A stretch of DNA of 64,000 nt, from the NCBI GenBank assembly GCA_963693365.1, contig CAVNZM010000001.1, positions 9,502,907 through 9,566,906 on the forward strand, read 5' to 3'. The notes beneath the pieces are model-generated. The model searched no databases and was not told the origin of the DNA. It saw nothing but the letters and a program-made list of their open reading frames with translations. This stretch comes from Amoebidium appalachense (taxonomy: Eukaryota > Protista > Ichthyosporea). Below, piece after piece: positions 28,352 to 59,547 of the stretch; position 1 is the stretch's first letter, and each line of letters begins with the position of its first letter. Both the position numbers and the translations under genes were made by a program.

Positions 28352-30345
28352 AATAATACATGTAGATACAGCATTTGTATCAAAGAAGCTGATAGAAGTT
28401 TTGAATAACTTTTGAAAGTATAGGCATTTCCGCATAACTTCTCCCTCAAGTAACGAACTTATAGATTAGGGTACCATTACGGAATAGTCAAATAGTGCAT
28501 AAATCGACTCCATAAAAAACAACTTATAATCCAATAGAAAAGCGATTGTTTTTTTTTCTACAACCGCTGCAGATGCTGCGCAATCTACGGCTCTTAGGGT
28601 TGAGAATAACGGAAAGATTCCCGGATTTTTATAATCCGCTCCTCTCACATGGTTCTTTATCTGGCGGGAGAAATCCGGATTCTCGTACGTACACAAGATA
28701 AACCAGGAAAGCGGAACTTTACTAGCATAATTCAATCCCTGACCAGTTTTATGCTGGAACCCAATCAGATCGTCTTCTTGACATTCGTAAATCCCCGTAT
28801 GCACTTTTTTTATTGTGAATGACTCGGTACTTTTACAGTAGCACTTTACCGTTACAAGAGACAGGAAGCGTCCAAATCCGGAAAGTCCGAGGCTATGCAT
28901 ACATATGCACACACGTACATGTACACGGCACTTACGTCACCCATACACTCACGTGTGTTCACGTTTGCACACGTACATGCAGCTCACGTGATCACCTGCA
29001 CTTCCACTACGGCGTATTATTATGCATGCTGCAGCTCTTCCATTCCTCCTTGCAAGGTCCTCTTTATTGATTCCCTACTTGAAGTCGTCTTCCCCTTTCC
29101 ACCGTCCCCCCTTCAAACGCACACACACACTCTCTCTCTGAGACCCTCTCGCGTTCTCTCTCTCTCTTTCCTATCTCTCTCTCCCCCCCTAGGCCTAGGC
29201 CTCCCTCCCTCCCTCCCCCCCCCCCCCCCCCCCCCTTCTCTCTCTTTCTCTCTCTCTCTCTCTCTATAGCTATCTCTCTCTTTAAAAATTCTCTTCTCTC
29301 TCTGGTGGTGGTGGTGCACGGTGGTGGTGGTGGTTGGGGGAGGTGGGGAGGTAGAAAATACCAAAAACCCCTTAGCGTTCCGGACTCCTATAGCTAGCCC
29401 CCACCTAGGATGGGGTCTCCTCCTTCTCCCCCCCCCCCCCTCCCCCCCCCCCCCCCCTCGCGCACCACCCTTATTAAATCATATAAGCTAATATTTACTA
29501 GCGTATGCATTACTGGTAACACTAGTATATACATATTGCCCCCATAGACTCCTTCTCGCCGTCCCTTCGGAGCGATATTAATTGCCACACACGTCAAGGG
29601 TCCAAAACTGCAGCAGCTGCTACGTCAATCCCCTTGCTGTCGATTTGTCATTATATTAACCAGCAATAATACCTCGTCCCACCTTTCACATTCTAATTTT
29701 CATACTTTCCTCTACAGCTCAAGTTTTTCGGCTCTACTACCACAGGCCAGTTCTCAAATTCAGTATCATCGTTCCGAGCATATCAGTCTTAATTGATCAT
29801 TGTAACGTATCACGTGTTAGATTGACAAGACATGGTACAGGTACTGAGAACTACGCAAGCAGATTTACGCAAATAAATTTACGCAAAATGGAGCTCTATC
29901 TCTGAGTGAGACTCCCTCTGCAAGATTGTAAACCCCACAAAAACTAAAGGATACCCCCCCCCCCCCCCCCCAAAAAAAAAAAAAGAAAAAAAAAGAAAGA
30001 AAAAAAAAAGAATCCTTGCTTCATATTTAAAAACACAATAAAAAAGTAGGAATATACATATTTAAATACCCCCCAAAAATATCCTTGCTTCATATACATG
30101 TGTATAAAAAAAACCCCCAATAAGATAAAAACGGCCGTCTCCCTCACGCCAGCGTGAATGGGGACAAGAAAGGAGGAACGAAAGAAAGAAACGAAATTCA
30201 TAGCCCTACGTGCATAGACATTCGAAATCTAAATGCAGCCAGGCCTGCATACACACACATCCTTCGACAATGCCAGCCCGATAAACAGCATCAAACATGG
30301 CACAACAAGTGTATGTATGCATGGGGGTGCGCATGTGTCTGTGTG

Positions 30346-30526
<181 letters not shown>

Positions 30527-30646
30527 ATGCAGCACTGGTTCAAGTGTGAGGTCAGGCCCCAGGGATACAGGGGCCGGGTACGGGGGAAAGGGGGAGGGGC
30601 GGAGGGAGAGGTGCGGGGGGGGGGGAGGGGGGGGGGGGGGGGGGGG

Positions 30647-30731
<85 letters not shown>

Positions 30732-30772
30732 AGCGCAGAGAAAACGGGGGGGGGGGGGGGGGGTGTTATCGA

Positions 30773-49828
<19,056 letters not shown>

Positions 49829-50312
49829 GCTTGCTACCTGTTAGAAGACCCACTGCAGACGAAGGAAGCTATTATGCTTGGGCACACATGTATGCACCGT
49901 ACACACGTTACACAAAGAATAGAACAAAAAATAACTTGACACTGAGAGTCCGTGTTGCCTGGACAGTTTAACCACAAAACTGCGCGCCAAAAATAATAGT
50001 AAGCCAATCAGATGAAATGATTCTAATATTTCAAACCCTGTGTGCGACTTGAGCGTGGGGCTGTGCCAAGTCACCAGGCTTGAAATGCAGAGTCGAAGTC
50101 AGAGTCTAAAGTCATGGGGAGAGAGGGGTGGGGTGGGGGTGTGGGGGGGGGGGGGGAGGGGGGGGGGATGTGCTGTTTGTTGTCGTCACAGTGTGTGTAC
50201 TGAACAGTACCTACACCCAAAAGAAAAACGGCGTTACAGAACCATGCATTGCATGTGGGTCTGCAGAGATATCCCCCCCCTCCCTCCCCCCTCCCCCCGC
50301 TCTCCCCCTCCA

Positions 50313-50344
<32 letters not shown>

Positions 50345-50402
50345 AGTTTTTTTCCAAAAATCAAAATTAGACCCTACCAACCCTGGAGGATTTTCAAGAA
50401 CA

Positions 50403-50440
<38 letters not shown>

Positions 50441-50701
50441 CCGGGGGGGGGGAAGGATAGAGCTCGAATTCTACTGTAACAGCCCATGAACCTTGAGATT
50501 CTAAACCCTTTCCGGCTAGTTTAAATTTTGAAAAATTTAACACCTGTTATCTTCACTCTGATGATCACGGTGTCGCGAGTACCTTCTGTATTACTATGCC
50601 CCAATTGCATGCGAAAACTTCAAGAGTCTGAGCTTCGATCATATCATTCAATGCAAGACATGAAGTATTGTAAATGAGGCAGAAAATTATGAGTGGTATT
50701 G

Positions 50702-50855
50702 GAACTTTGAGGGCCAAAACACCTTAGCTAGAATATTTTTTGCAGATAATCAGGCTCAGGCTGCTTCGAGTTCTTGCAGAATTCTGCTTGCATGCTTGCA
50801 GCAGAACTAGCAGAATGCGTATACATCTGCTAAGGTATTTTGGCTCTCAACTTTC
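50702..50855. mobile_element. Short MITE-like element with imperfect 27-bp TIRs
   Basis: GAACTTTGAGGGCCAAAACACCTTAGC versus the reverse complement of GCTAAGGTATTTTGGCTCTCAACTTTC. The interior and right flank carry GCAGAAT/ATTCTGC motifs shared with the element at 55986-56324. Confidence 0.55.
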
Positions 50856-51223
50856 ACGTTTTGAAGCTCATCTATAGCCAGAACCGGAAACTGTTGCTCT
50901 GCAAGTCTTCTCAAACGTTATTCTAAGAGCAGCCTAATTATTCTGCAAGCTTAGAATTATTCTGCAAAAAGCACAATTCTTTGGAACTCGTTGAAACTTT
51001 CGAATAATCTCCTTTGCTTAGGGCATATGCATAGCTAGGCCTCTGAAGATCCCGAGTGTGGCCTTGGGTCGACCTGCATAGCATTAAAAGTTGCAGATAC
51101 GTATACAGGGGGTGACTGAAATTCGGATCATAGGTACTTTGGAAATAGAATCAATTTATCTACTTTTTCAGGGACCATATCCTCATCAGTTTTCTTAGAT
51201 TGACCCTGTTGGAATATTTCAGT

Positions 51224-53409
51224 GATAGGACCCCCGCTGGCAGAAACCTATTGTGTGGCCTGTAGACCCATCTATCCCCATAGAATCGATCCTCCCCTTT
51301 TTCAGTCGGCAGTCCCGATACCATATGGTCTATGATATCTAGTTATAGCTCTAGTAAGTCTTGTGGACCTGATGGACTTCCTGCTGGGTTTCTTAAAATC
51401 CTTGTTCCCTCCTACCCACAAAAGGAAAGTGATCGTGCTATTAAACCTGATCTTACTATTATGTTAAGCTCTGTCTTTTCTTGGTGTGTTAAATGTGGAC
51501 ATGTCCCGTCATCTTGGTTAGATACCTTAGTGATCCCCATAGTTAAGAAGGACTCTGAGGGCCCCATATCATCTTTTCGCCCCATCACACTAACCCAGGT
51601 TGTTCGTAGGTTCTTTGAAGCTTGCTTACTTAGGCACGGCGGTGTTTCTAGATGGCCGTGTTACTTAGGTTATTTGCACATCACCCTAGGTTTCAATCTC
51701 AGAATGATTCTTCACATACACCCATGCCAATCCGCTTTTCGTAAGAACAATTCGTGTTATGTTCAAATAGTGGCACTGCACGATTCTATGCAAGTTGGTG
51801 CACGATATGTTGGCTTTATTGATTGGAAAACTGCTTACGATTCTGTCTCCCCTGGTCTCCTATGGGAAAAGCTTGCAGGGCACGGGGTGTACCACACTGC
51901 ATTGGTGTTCTGTTAGAAGCACTCTTGTCTCAAACCTATGGTAGAGCTGTGGTTAATGGGCATCTTTCATATGGTTTTTCTCGTACTAGAGGTCTCTTGC
52001 AGGGTTCATTGCTTAGCCCCTTTTTGTTTAACCTATTTATAGATGATTTGGCTGTCAAGATTTATGCCGAAAACGATGGCCCTATTAATAACTTTTTCGC
52101 CTGCACTTCTCTATGCTGATGATCTGTCCCTCCTTGCCCGTACCCCTAGACGCCTGCAAAGATTGTTCGATGTAGTGTCAGAGTGGTGCAAGGCAAACCT
52201 TATAACCCTTAACATAGACAAATGTGGTGTTCTTGTACCTGATATAGCTATTAATTTACACACATTTACATTGTCATCTAAACCTGTACCTATAGTTCCA
52301 GAATACAAATATCTTGGTGTTCCGGTTAATTCTGTTGGCGTTATCATGTTTTCCCATATGGTCGAAAAGAGGGTAGAGTTGGCTCGTAGGCGGTTAGCTT
52401 TCTTCTCGGCTAATATTTTTAAAGACACACCCCTCCATCCTTCTATTAGACTTACATTTATTCGCACTTTTGTCTTCCCGGCATGTGAATATGGTTTACC
52501 CCTTCTCGCCGCTTGGATCAAGAAAGAGAGAACTAGAGCGCTTAAACCCTTCGCAAATTTCCTTGAAGCAGAAGTTGCCTCCTTTCTATCTAACAACTGT
52601 TGTAAACCTGGGCCTGTAAAGCTCTCGATATATGGTCTGGTCCCAATAGCTGCTAGAGTATCCCATCTCGCGCTGAAAATCAATAAGGTGCACATAAGCC
52701 GCTTAAAGAAGTATTTGCCCTCCCACCCTCTCTTCTCTATCCGACCTGTCCCCTCCTCACCTCTCCCCTCTCTCCTTCCCTCTCTTTCTCCTTCTCCCCC
52801 GGGCACAAATACAAATAAACCCCGCAAAAGTGTGCGTGTGACTTTGGACTGCCACTTACTTATTAAACATGTACACAATCACAAGATCATGCACGCAATA
52901 TAACAAATGGAAAAAGATACCACACGACACTAGACCCGATGAAAGCAGACACCTTGAAAAACTAAGCCTTATGTCTCGTTTTATATATAATGACCGCCTT
53001 AACCATATTGCCAAATATGGCACTCGCAAATGTATAACACCTGATTACATATTACCTTCCTGTAGAACTGGTCTTTCTCTAGCGCCTGATGGTATTATTG
53101 GTCAATTACCGTAACGCTTTTACTGTACACGTGCTACAGAGTGGAGATCTAATGAGTATAAGGTGGCATCGTTTGCATGCCCAAACAACACACACACACA
53201 CCAGTTTAAACGGTCATGTATCGCCAAATGTAGTTTGATAGACCACATAATACCGCAACACACACACGTCACATTCACAACAGACACCCAGAAAGATAGC
53301 CTACCTGTAAATTACAACATCCTTGATTTTATACTAAACACGCGTAACTACGACCTGTTTATTAGATGTATTGATTGGCTTGAGAAACACATCATTACAA
53401 AATTCTAGC

Positions 53410-53499
<90 letters not shown>

Positions 53500-53526
53500 C
53501 AGCTGATACCGAGTGTTCCAGGGGAG

Positions 53527-53573
<47 letters not shown>

Positions 53574-53775
53574 AAAAATAAAAAAAAATCGGGGAACCCC
53601 AACTAATTGATTTTTTTTAGTCTTTATGGTGTCCCGTAGAGAAAGTAAACCCTGATATATAGTCATCACCCGACATCTATGTACGTGATCATAATATACC
53701 GCTGAGGGGATATTCCGAGCAAAAACCCCCCATACCTGAGACTGGTCTCTCTTTGCCTTAAACAGCGTAAACCCC
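51224..53775 (+). pseudogene. Second, more 5'-truncated and frameshifted copy of the same non-LTR retrotransposon
   Basis: Near-identical by eye to copy 1 from 25878 to 28350, including the 3' UTR. The RT frame is split across ORFs 51332, 51823, 52043, 52869 and 53163 by small insertions. Confidence 0.95.
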
Positions 53776-54100
53776 ATCCCTATATGACTTAGAACCAATC
53801 ACATTGCCTCTTATAAGCTACCATCATCCCATAGTCAACACGATCACGATAGCGAGTGAGATGGGTTAACATATGCGATTGCATATTCTGACAGACCCGT
53901 CCAGGGGGAAGGGAGGAGGAGGAGAGGGGGGAGGGGGGGGGGGGGGGGGGGGGGCTTCCCCTCCCCTTCCCCCCACCCCAATCCACCCGCCCGCCTCCTC
54001 CCTCTCTTCCACGGGGAATTCACTGGGCTGGGTTGGGACTAATATCAAGAGGCGTGTGTGAGTGACTGTGTGAGCTAGTGTAGTATGCGTGTGTGTGTAT

Positions 54101-54131
<31 letters not shown>

Positions 54132-54358
54132 GGGGGGGGGAGTACCATAGTGTGTGTGGAAGGGGGGGGAGGGATTCGGGGGGGGGGGGGGGGGGGGTCG
54201 TGGGCGGAGGGGGGGGGGGGGGGGGGTATGTACTAAACCCGCAGGCGGCCGCCGTGCACTGGGAAATCCAAGTCCCCTGTTTTATTTTGTTGTAACGATA
54301 GTTTTATTTCGTTTTGGTTTCTTGATGAGCGTTCGATCTCAAGTTGTGTATGATAAGA

Positions 54359-54643
54359 GAGTGCCTGTTTGATTTTCTGTTTTAAACCACTTGTACCCGG
54401 CTCGTATACACAAAGGACACAAATCTACACACTTGCGCAAGCACACACTTCACGAGTGCCTGTTTGATTTTCTGTTTTAAACCACTTGTACCCGGCTCGT
54501 ATACACAAAGGACACAAATTTACACACTTGCGCAAGCACACACTTCACGAGTGCCTGTTTGATTTTCTGTTTTAAACCACTTGTACCCGGCTCGTATACA
54601 CAAAGGACACAAATTTACACACTTGCGCAACACACACCTTCAC
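54359..54643. repeat. Three near-perfect tandem copies of a 95-bp unit
   Basis: GAGTGCCTGTTTGATTTTCTGTTTTAAACCACTTGTACCCGGCTCGTATACACAAAGG... starts at 54359, 54454 and 54549. Confidence 0.95.
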
Positions 54644-54915
54644 ACACACGCACACGCATACAACCAGACCGTGAGGTGTACACAGGAAATGCCACACACG
54701 TGTGCACGCATGTGCGCTCATGCGCATACTATGCACTGAGCGTGCGCCCACGCGCGCGCACACACACACCTGCCATGCGCATACACACGCACACGCCGAA
54801 TCTACCGTGTACCACACACACATGCACACCGTGCACTGTGTGCGCGCTCAAATGCATGTATGCACACATGCACACCCGCCCGAGCAGACATGTACACATA
54901 TGACTTTCTGCACTG

Positions 54916-54967
<52 letters not shown>

Positions 54968-55149
54968 CCTTTTTGGAAGGGGAAGAATTACATGGGCCAA
55001 GCCTCCAGCGACTAAGTAGGAGTGTGCGTGCTACTGCGTGTGTGCGCGCATGTCTATACGTGCGCGCGCGCGCGCGTGTGTGTTTGTGTGCATGCGTGTG
55101 TGTGCACGTGTGTGTGCGTGTGTGTTCGTGCGTGCATGCATGTGTGTGT

Positions 55150-55209
<60 letters not shown>

Positions 55210-55218
55210 GTGTGTCAC

Positions 55219-55294
<76 letters not shown>

Positions 55295-55526
55295 CGTGCA
55301 TGTGAGTGGCACGTGGGGTCTGGCCATGTCAGCGGGGGGCCCGGGAGGCCCGGGGGGGGGAGGGGGGGGGCGGGGGGGGGGGGGGGGGGAGGAAGGGAAG
55401 AGGGGAGGGAGGGGGAGGAGGGGGAGGGGGGGGATCCGATGGAGCAGCAGAGGGCAGCAGTTGGAACTTCGTGTATGAGTACTGGTAGTAGGCTTGTGTA
55501 CATGGCCATGGGGAGGGAGAGTGGGG

Positions 55527-55564
<38 letters not shown>

Positions 55565-55985
55565 AGAGGGGGGGGGGGGGGGGAGCTAGGTAGGGGGGAC
55601 GGGGGAGGGGAATGATTAATGGGTTGGATGGCATGGAAGTGGAGAAATCAAATGACAACCATGCAAAACATTACAACACTGGTAGAAACCAGAAACAAAA
55701 TGTCATGGAAATAGATTTGAAAACCAAAACAGTAGTAAAAAACTGATTATCAAAATTTTTCAAACGTGCAGGCTTACACAATGAGCGCTTGATTGATCAT
55801 AGTTAGTGCCCGTCATCAGGCCTTTGGGGGGTTCCCATTCAGCTACACATCAAAGAATGACGTTGAAAGGTGCTTTGACCATGACTCATGCATGTTTTTT
55901 TTTCCCTTGGGGGGGGGGGGGGGGGGGGGGGGGAGGGGGGGGGGGGGGGGGGGGTCCCCGGGGGGGTCGTCGGACGAGTGCAGAA

Positions 55986-56324
55986 GAGGGCCCAACCATA
56001 TCGGCTGGGTCAACTCGCTCCGAGCAGAATTATTCTGCAAAAAGCAGAATTATTCTAGCTAAAAGCAGAATTATTTAGCAAAAGCATAATTATTCTGCTA
56101 AAAGCAGAATCAATCAGCTAAAAGCAGAATTATTCCGCTAAACAGCACATTCCCCCTTATTCCGCTAAGCAGGATCATTCTGCAAAAATAAGCATAATTA
56201 TTCTACAAGAAGAATTATTCCACTAAAAGCAGAATTATTCTGCTGTCGAAAGCAGAACAATTCTGCTAAAAGCAGAGTGATTCTGCTTTTTGCAAGTTGA
56301 CTCTGCCGATGTGGTTGGACCCTC
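55986..56324. mobile_element. MITE-like element: 30-bp imperfect TIRs enclosing a tandem array of palindromic ~20-bp units
   Basis: GAGGGCCCAACCATATCGGCTGGGTCAACT versus AGTTGACTCTGCCGATGTGGTTGGACCCTC, 26/30 complementary. Interior is about a dozen variants of AAAAGCAGAATTATTCTGCT. Confidence 0.75.
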
Positions 56325-56752
56325 AGATGGCGGCTAGGACAGCATCAGGCTGGGACCAGTCACGTGCACACTGGGAAAGCCAGTAGCCAATGCTATTATT
56401 ATTGTTATCAGTATCAAATTAGCATACATCATGATGAAAGCATACCCGTGCTCAACATATGCATAGCATTACGTTGTTTCCTATAATGTAAACAAAAATG
56501 CTTGCACTCAAAATTAATCCCTATGGATGTGGCTACTATTATTGTTCCCCAAGCCCCCTTCTCTCCCATCAAGGGGAAATATAAATGGCGCGGCTGCCTA
56601 AGGAAAGAAGGTAAAAGAAAAACAGAAAAGTGAAATCCGAAAGAAACATGATGTCTTTAGAAACTATTACGTACAGTATAGGGGCATTACCCTCATTGCA
56701 CAGTGACATCGATATCAAAACTACCAGCGAGTGACACTTTCGAGTAGCTAGC

Positions 56753-56795
<43 letters not shown>

Positions 56796-56811
56796 AAAAG
56801 ATAGAGGAAAA

Positions 56812-56843
<32 letters not shown>

Positions 56844-57022
56844 AGAAGAAGGAAAGAAAAGAAAACAAAAAGCTTTCAAATAACACAACTGTGCCACCAT
56901 CCTACATCTGCAGTACGTATCAGCAGCTGCAACCACACGCAACAAACTTAATACACACCGGCGTTTCTATGTACACCCTCTCTCGAACGCAACAACAAAG
57001 ACAAGTGACTACCTCACGAGCC

Positions 57023-57073
<51 letters not shown>

Positions 57074-57159
57074 AAAAAAAAAAGGACAAAAAAATATAAC
57101 AAAAACAAAGACGAGCTCGAGACACTGCCCAATCATAACGGCAAACACTACCCACTCAA

Positions 57160-59547
57160 TCAATCATTTTCCGGCTTCTTTTCCATAAAGCACTTTGTGG
57201 GCATGGGCTGCTCCCGCAGGATGTGCATGTTATCATGGCAAAACAAAACCTGCTCCACCCTCGTGGTCACAAGACCCGTGCTGTGATCCGTAACCGTTAA
57301 CCCCGCCGGAGAAAACACATGCTCGCTGTCAGGCAAACTGGCAGGCACAGCGAGAAAGCGACGCGCCAGAGCAGCGAGGAGAGGGTACGTTCCGGCATGA
57401 AACCTCCACCACTTAAGCGGATCGGATGTGAAGTCAATCTGCGTGTGCTCCGGCCCTTTCCACCTACCCAACTCCTCCGCCACCACCTGATTGCGCCGAT
57501 GAAAGTACTGCTGGTCGTATTCCCGCTGGCCCTCCGCGGCAACATCTGCTGCTGGCGATGGCTGCCCACCTGCGCCCACTACGCCGGCCGCAACAGCAAG
57601 TCTCGCTCGTTTGGGTGGAGGGCCGTTGTTCGGCGCGCGTGCGGGGCTGGCGACATCGGGCGGCTGGGTCCTCCGCCGGGAGCGGGGGCCGGGCTGGGGC
57701 TGGGGTGGCTCAGGCACCGCGGGCCTCATTTCCTGTTGTTGTTGTTGTTGTTGTTGTTGCTGCTGCTGCTGTTGCAGTCTGGGAAAGCGACGCTGCTGGT
57801 AATCGTACTCCTTGCACATCAAGTCCTCGAGGGCGTCCCAAACCGCCGCCTGCAAAGGCGCGTCGAAATACTCAAGCGCAAAGGTGCGCGGGTCGAGCGC
57901 GGTGGCAACCCCGAAAATCCATCTATGCTCCTCCGGAATGTTTTCCCACACCCGATCCGAAAAGTCCGCGCGGATGAACTCGTGTAGCTGCCTGGCCGCA
58001 GGGTGAAGATCGTCGTGGTCGATGGTGATTTCCTCCCAGCCATTCTTGCCGTTGTGCATGTACGTGACGCGGTCACTGTTTAGGCATTTCTCGATGAGTA
58101 TCGCGTGGGGGAGAACGAGCGAAAAGGTGACTCTTGACGAGAGGATCTGCTCGGCATGCTCCTTGAAAGGGTCCATCACGCCGATAATCTGTTCGAGCGC
58201 CTCGAATTCGCTGACGGTGTGGCAAGCGATTTTCCCCGGGTTTTTGCGCGCGAACAGTTGTAGTGCGGGAAAGTTGTTCCGGACCCCCTCGAGTAGCTCC
58301 AACGTCGAAATCCAATGTGTTTCCGTGTCTGTCGGAAGCGACACCATGTTAAAACCGAGCTCCGACTGTGCGGCTTTCAGTTGAGTCTCGGCGCGCGGGT
58401 TTTTCCGAAAGAAGTGCACGTCATCGCGAGTCTTTTCAATGATTGCGCGGGCAGGTGCCGTTAACGGGTCCGGATCGTCCGTAAAAAGAGCATGTTTCAC
58501 GGTGAGTTGAAAGGTGTTCGCCACACACCGGGGATTGAGCAGTTCGGGCAGACCCTTCTGGATATGGGAGGAAAAATTGCCAAACACGTTCGTGATTTTG
58601 GGGTCATTTTCAGTGACCACAAACTGAAACATTTTGCGGGGATCATCCAGTCCCGTTCCTTTCGTTATGCCCCTCGTCATTGCTCTTGCATGGTTCTCAC
58701 TCGTGTGTTGTTCGTTGAACTCGGTCATGCTTATGGTTGCGCTCTGCATTTCCCACTTATCATCGATCCAATTCGCCGTCACGCCGAGGTAGTTACTATC
58801 GCTCCCTTTCGATTTCCAAGCGCCTGCCGTACCCACAATCCTCTCTCCGTCCTGAAGAGCCCCTTTGATTTTCTCCTCCACCGCCGTGCGAACCTGAGTG
58901 TACCGTTCGTGCATAATCTCCTGAACTTTCGTGCGGTCTGTCGGGTGGTACTTGCCTCCCGATATCTGAGTGCAGAACGCACGAAAACCCGGTTGATCGA
59001 TCGTTGCAACAGGCTGCAAATCACCGATGACGATGTTGTCCACAAAGGCAACATTGGCGCGTTGCAGGTCGACCTTTCGGGTTCCCGACGGGGCAGTGTG
59101 TACGCGGTTGCTTGAACTTTGGGTGAGGGGGGGGAGAGAGCCACCGGCTGCGCCACGTGCATTCGAATTCCCCGCACGGGGGCCGGAAGAGACCGTTTCC
59201 AGAGTCCTCTGGACTTCGGGTAAATCGCCGTGATGTTTTCTCAGGTGTGCCTCTTGATTTCCTGTGCCCTGTGATTTCTGGTGTAGCCAACGTGGGCTGT
59301 TTTCGCAATGTTTGCAGTAGATGTATGTGCCACCATGCGTCTTCTCAACATAGGTGCCTTCTCTCATCGCTCTCTCCGCTTGTCTCGTTCGCTCGTCCAT
59401 TTCATCTTTCTTGTAATAGAAGTGGCCGTCTTTAAATATTGCTGACGTTCTCTTCTGATTGTAGAGAATGTGGTTGTTCCGAACGCCTACTTCATCCATC
59501 ATGCGCTGGGCCTCGGCTGCCAGCCACAGGGGATGGGGTTCAGCCAT
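57160..59547 (-). CDS. hAT-transposase-derived protein (BED zinc finger, RNase H-like core, hATC dimerisation domain) with altered catalytic motifs; ZBED-like
   Basis: Intact intronless 795-aa ORF. BED finger YCKHC...GTGNQEAHLRKHH; core YLGVTANWIDDKW, HTSEN, ATALDPR; hATC DPLKWWRFHAGTYPLLAALARRFLAVPAS..SEHVFSPAG. Poly-Q tract and NLS-like PPPKRAR. Confidence 0.92.
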   Translation of the reverse strand: MAEPHPLWLAAEAQRMMDEVGVRNNHILYNQKRTSAIFKDGHFYYKKDEMDERTRQAERAMREGTYVEKTHGGTYIYCKHCENSPRWLHQKSQGTGNQEAHLRKHHGDLPEVQRTLETVSSGPRAGNSNARGAAGGSLPPLTQSSSNRVHTAPSGTRKVDLQRANVAFVDNIVIGDLQPVATIDQPGFRAFCTQISGGKYHPTDRTKVQEIMHERYTQVRTAVEEKIKGALQDGERIVGTAGAWKSKGSDSNYLGVTANWIDDKWEMQSATISMTEFNEQHTSENHARAMTRGITKGTGLDDPRKMFQFVVTENDPKITNVFGNFSSHIQKGLPELLNPRCVANTFQLTVKHALFTDDPDPLTAPARAIIEKTRDDVHFFRKNPRAETQLKAAQSELGFNMVSLPTDTETHWISTLELLEGVRNNFPALQLFARKNPGKIACHTVSEFEALEQIIGVMDPFKEHAEQILSSRVTFSLVLPHAILIEKCLNSDRVTYMHNGKNGWEEITIDHDDLHPAARQLHEFIRADFSDRVWENIPEEHRWIFGVATALDPRTFALEYFDAPLQAAVWDALEDLMCKEYDYQQRRFPRLQQQQQQQQQQQQQQEMRPAVPEPPQPQPGPRSRRRTQPPDVASPARAPNNGPPPKRARLAVAAGVVGAGGQPSPAADVAAEGQREYDQQYFHRRNQVVAEELGRWKGPEHTQIDFTSDPLKWWRFHAGTYPLLAALARRFLAVPASLPDSEHVFSPAGLTVTDHSTGLVTTRVEQVLFCHDNMHILREQPMPTKCFMEKKPEND

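Noticed and set aside
28466-28912. 148-aa - strand ORF and a TAGGGTTG..AATCCGG-rich segment resembling a hAT end
   Set aside because: No recognisable protein motif and no matching opposite terminus found.
56020-56290. CRISPR-like appearance of palindromic ~20-bp repeats (also 30939-31113 and 54359-54643)
   Set aside because: The units are contiguous without unique spacers, the context is eukaryotic, and there are no cas genes.
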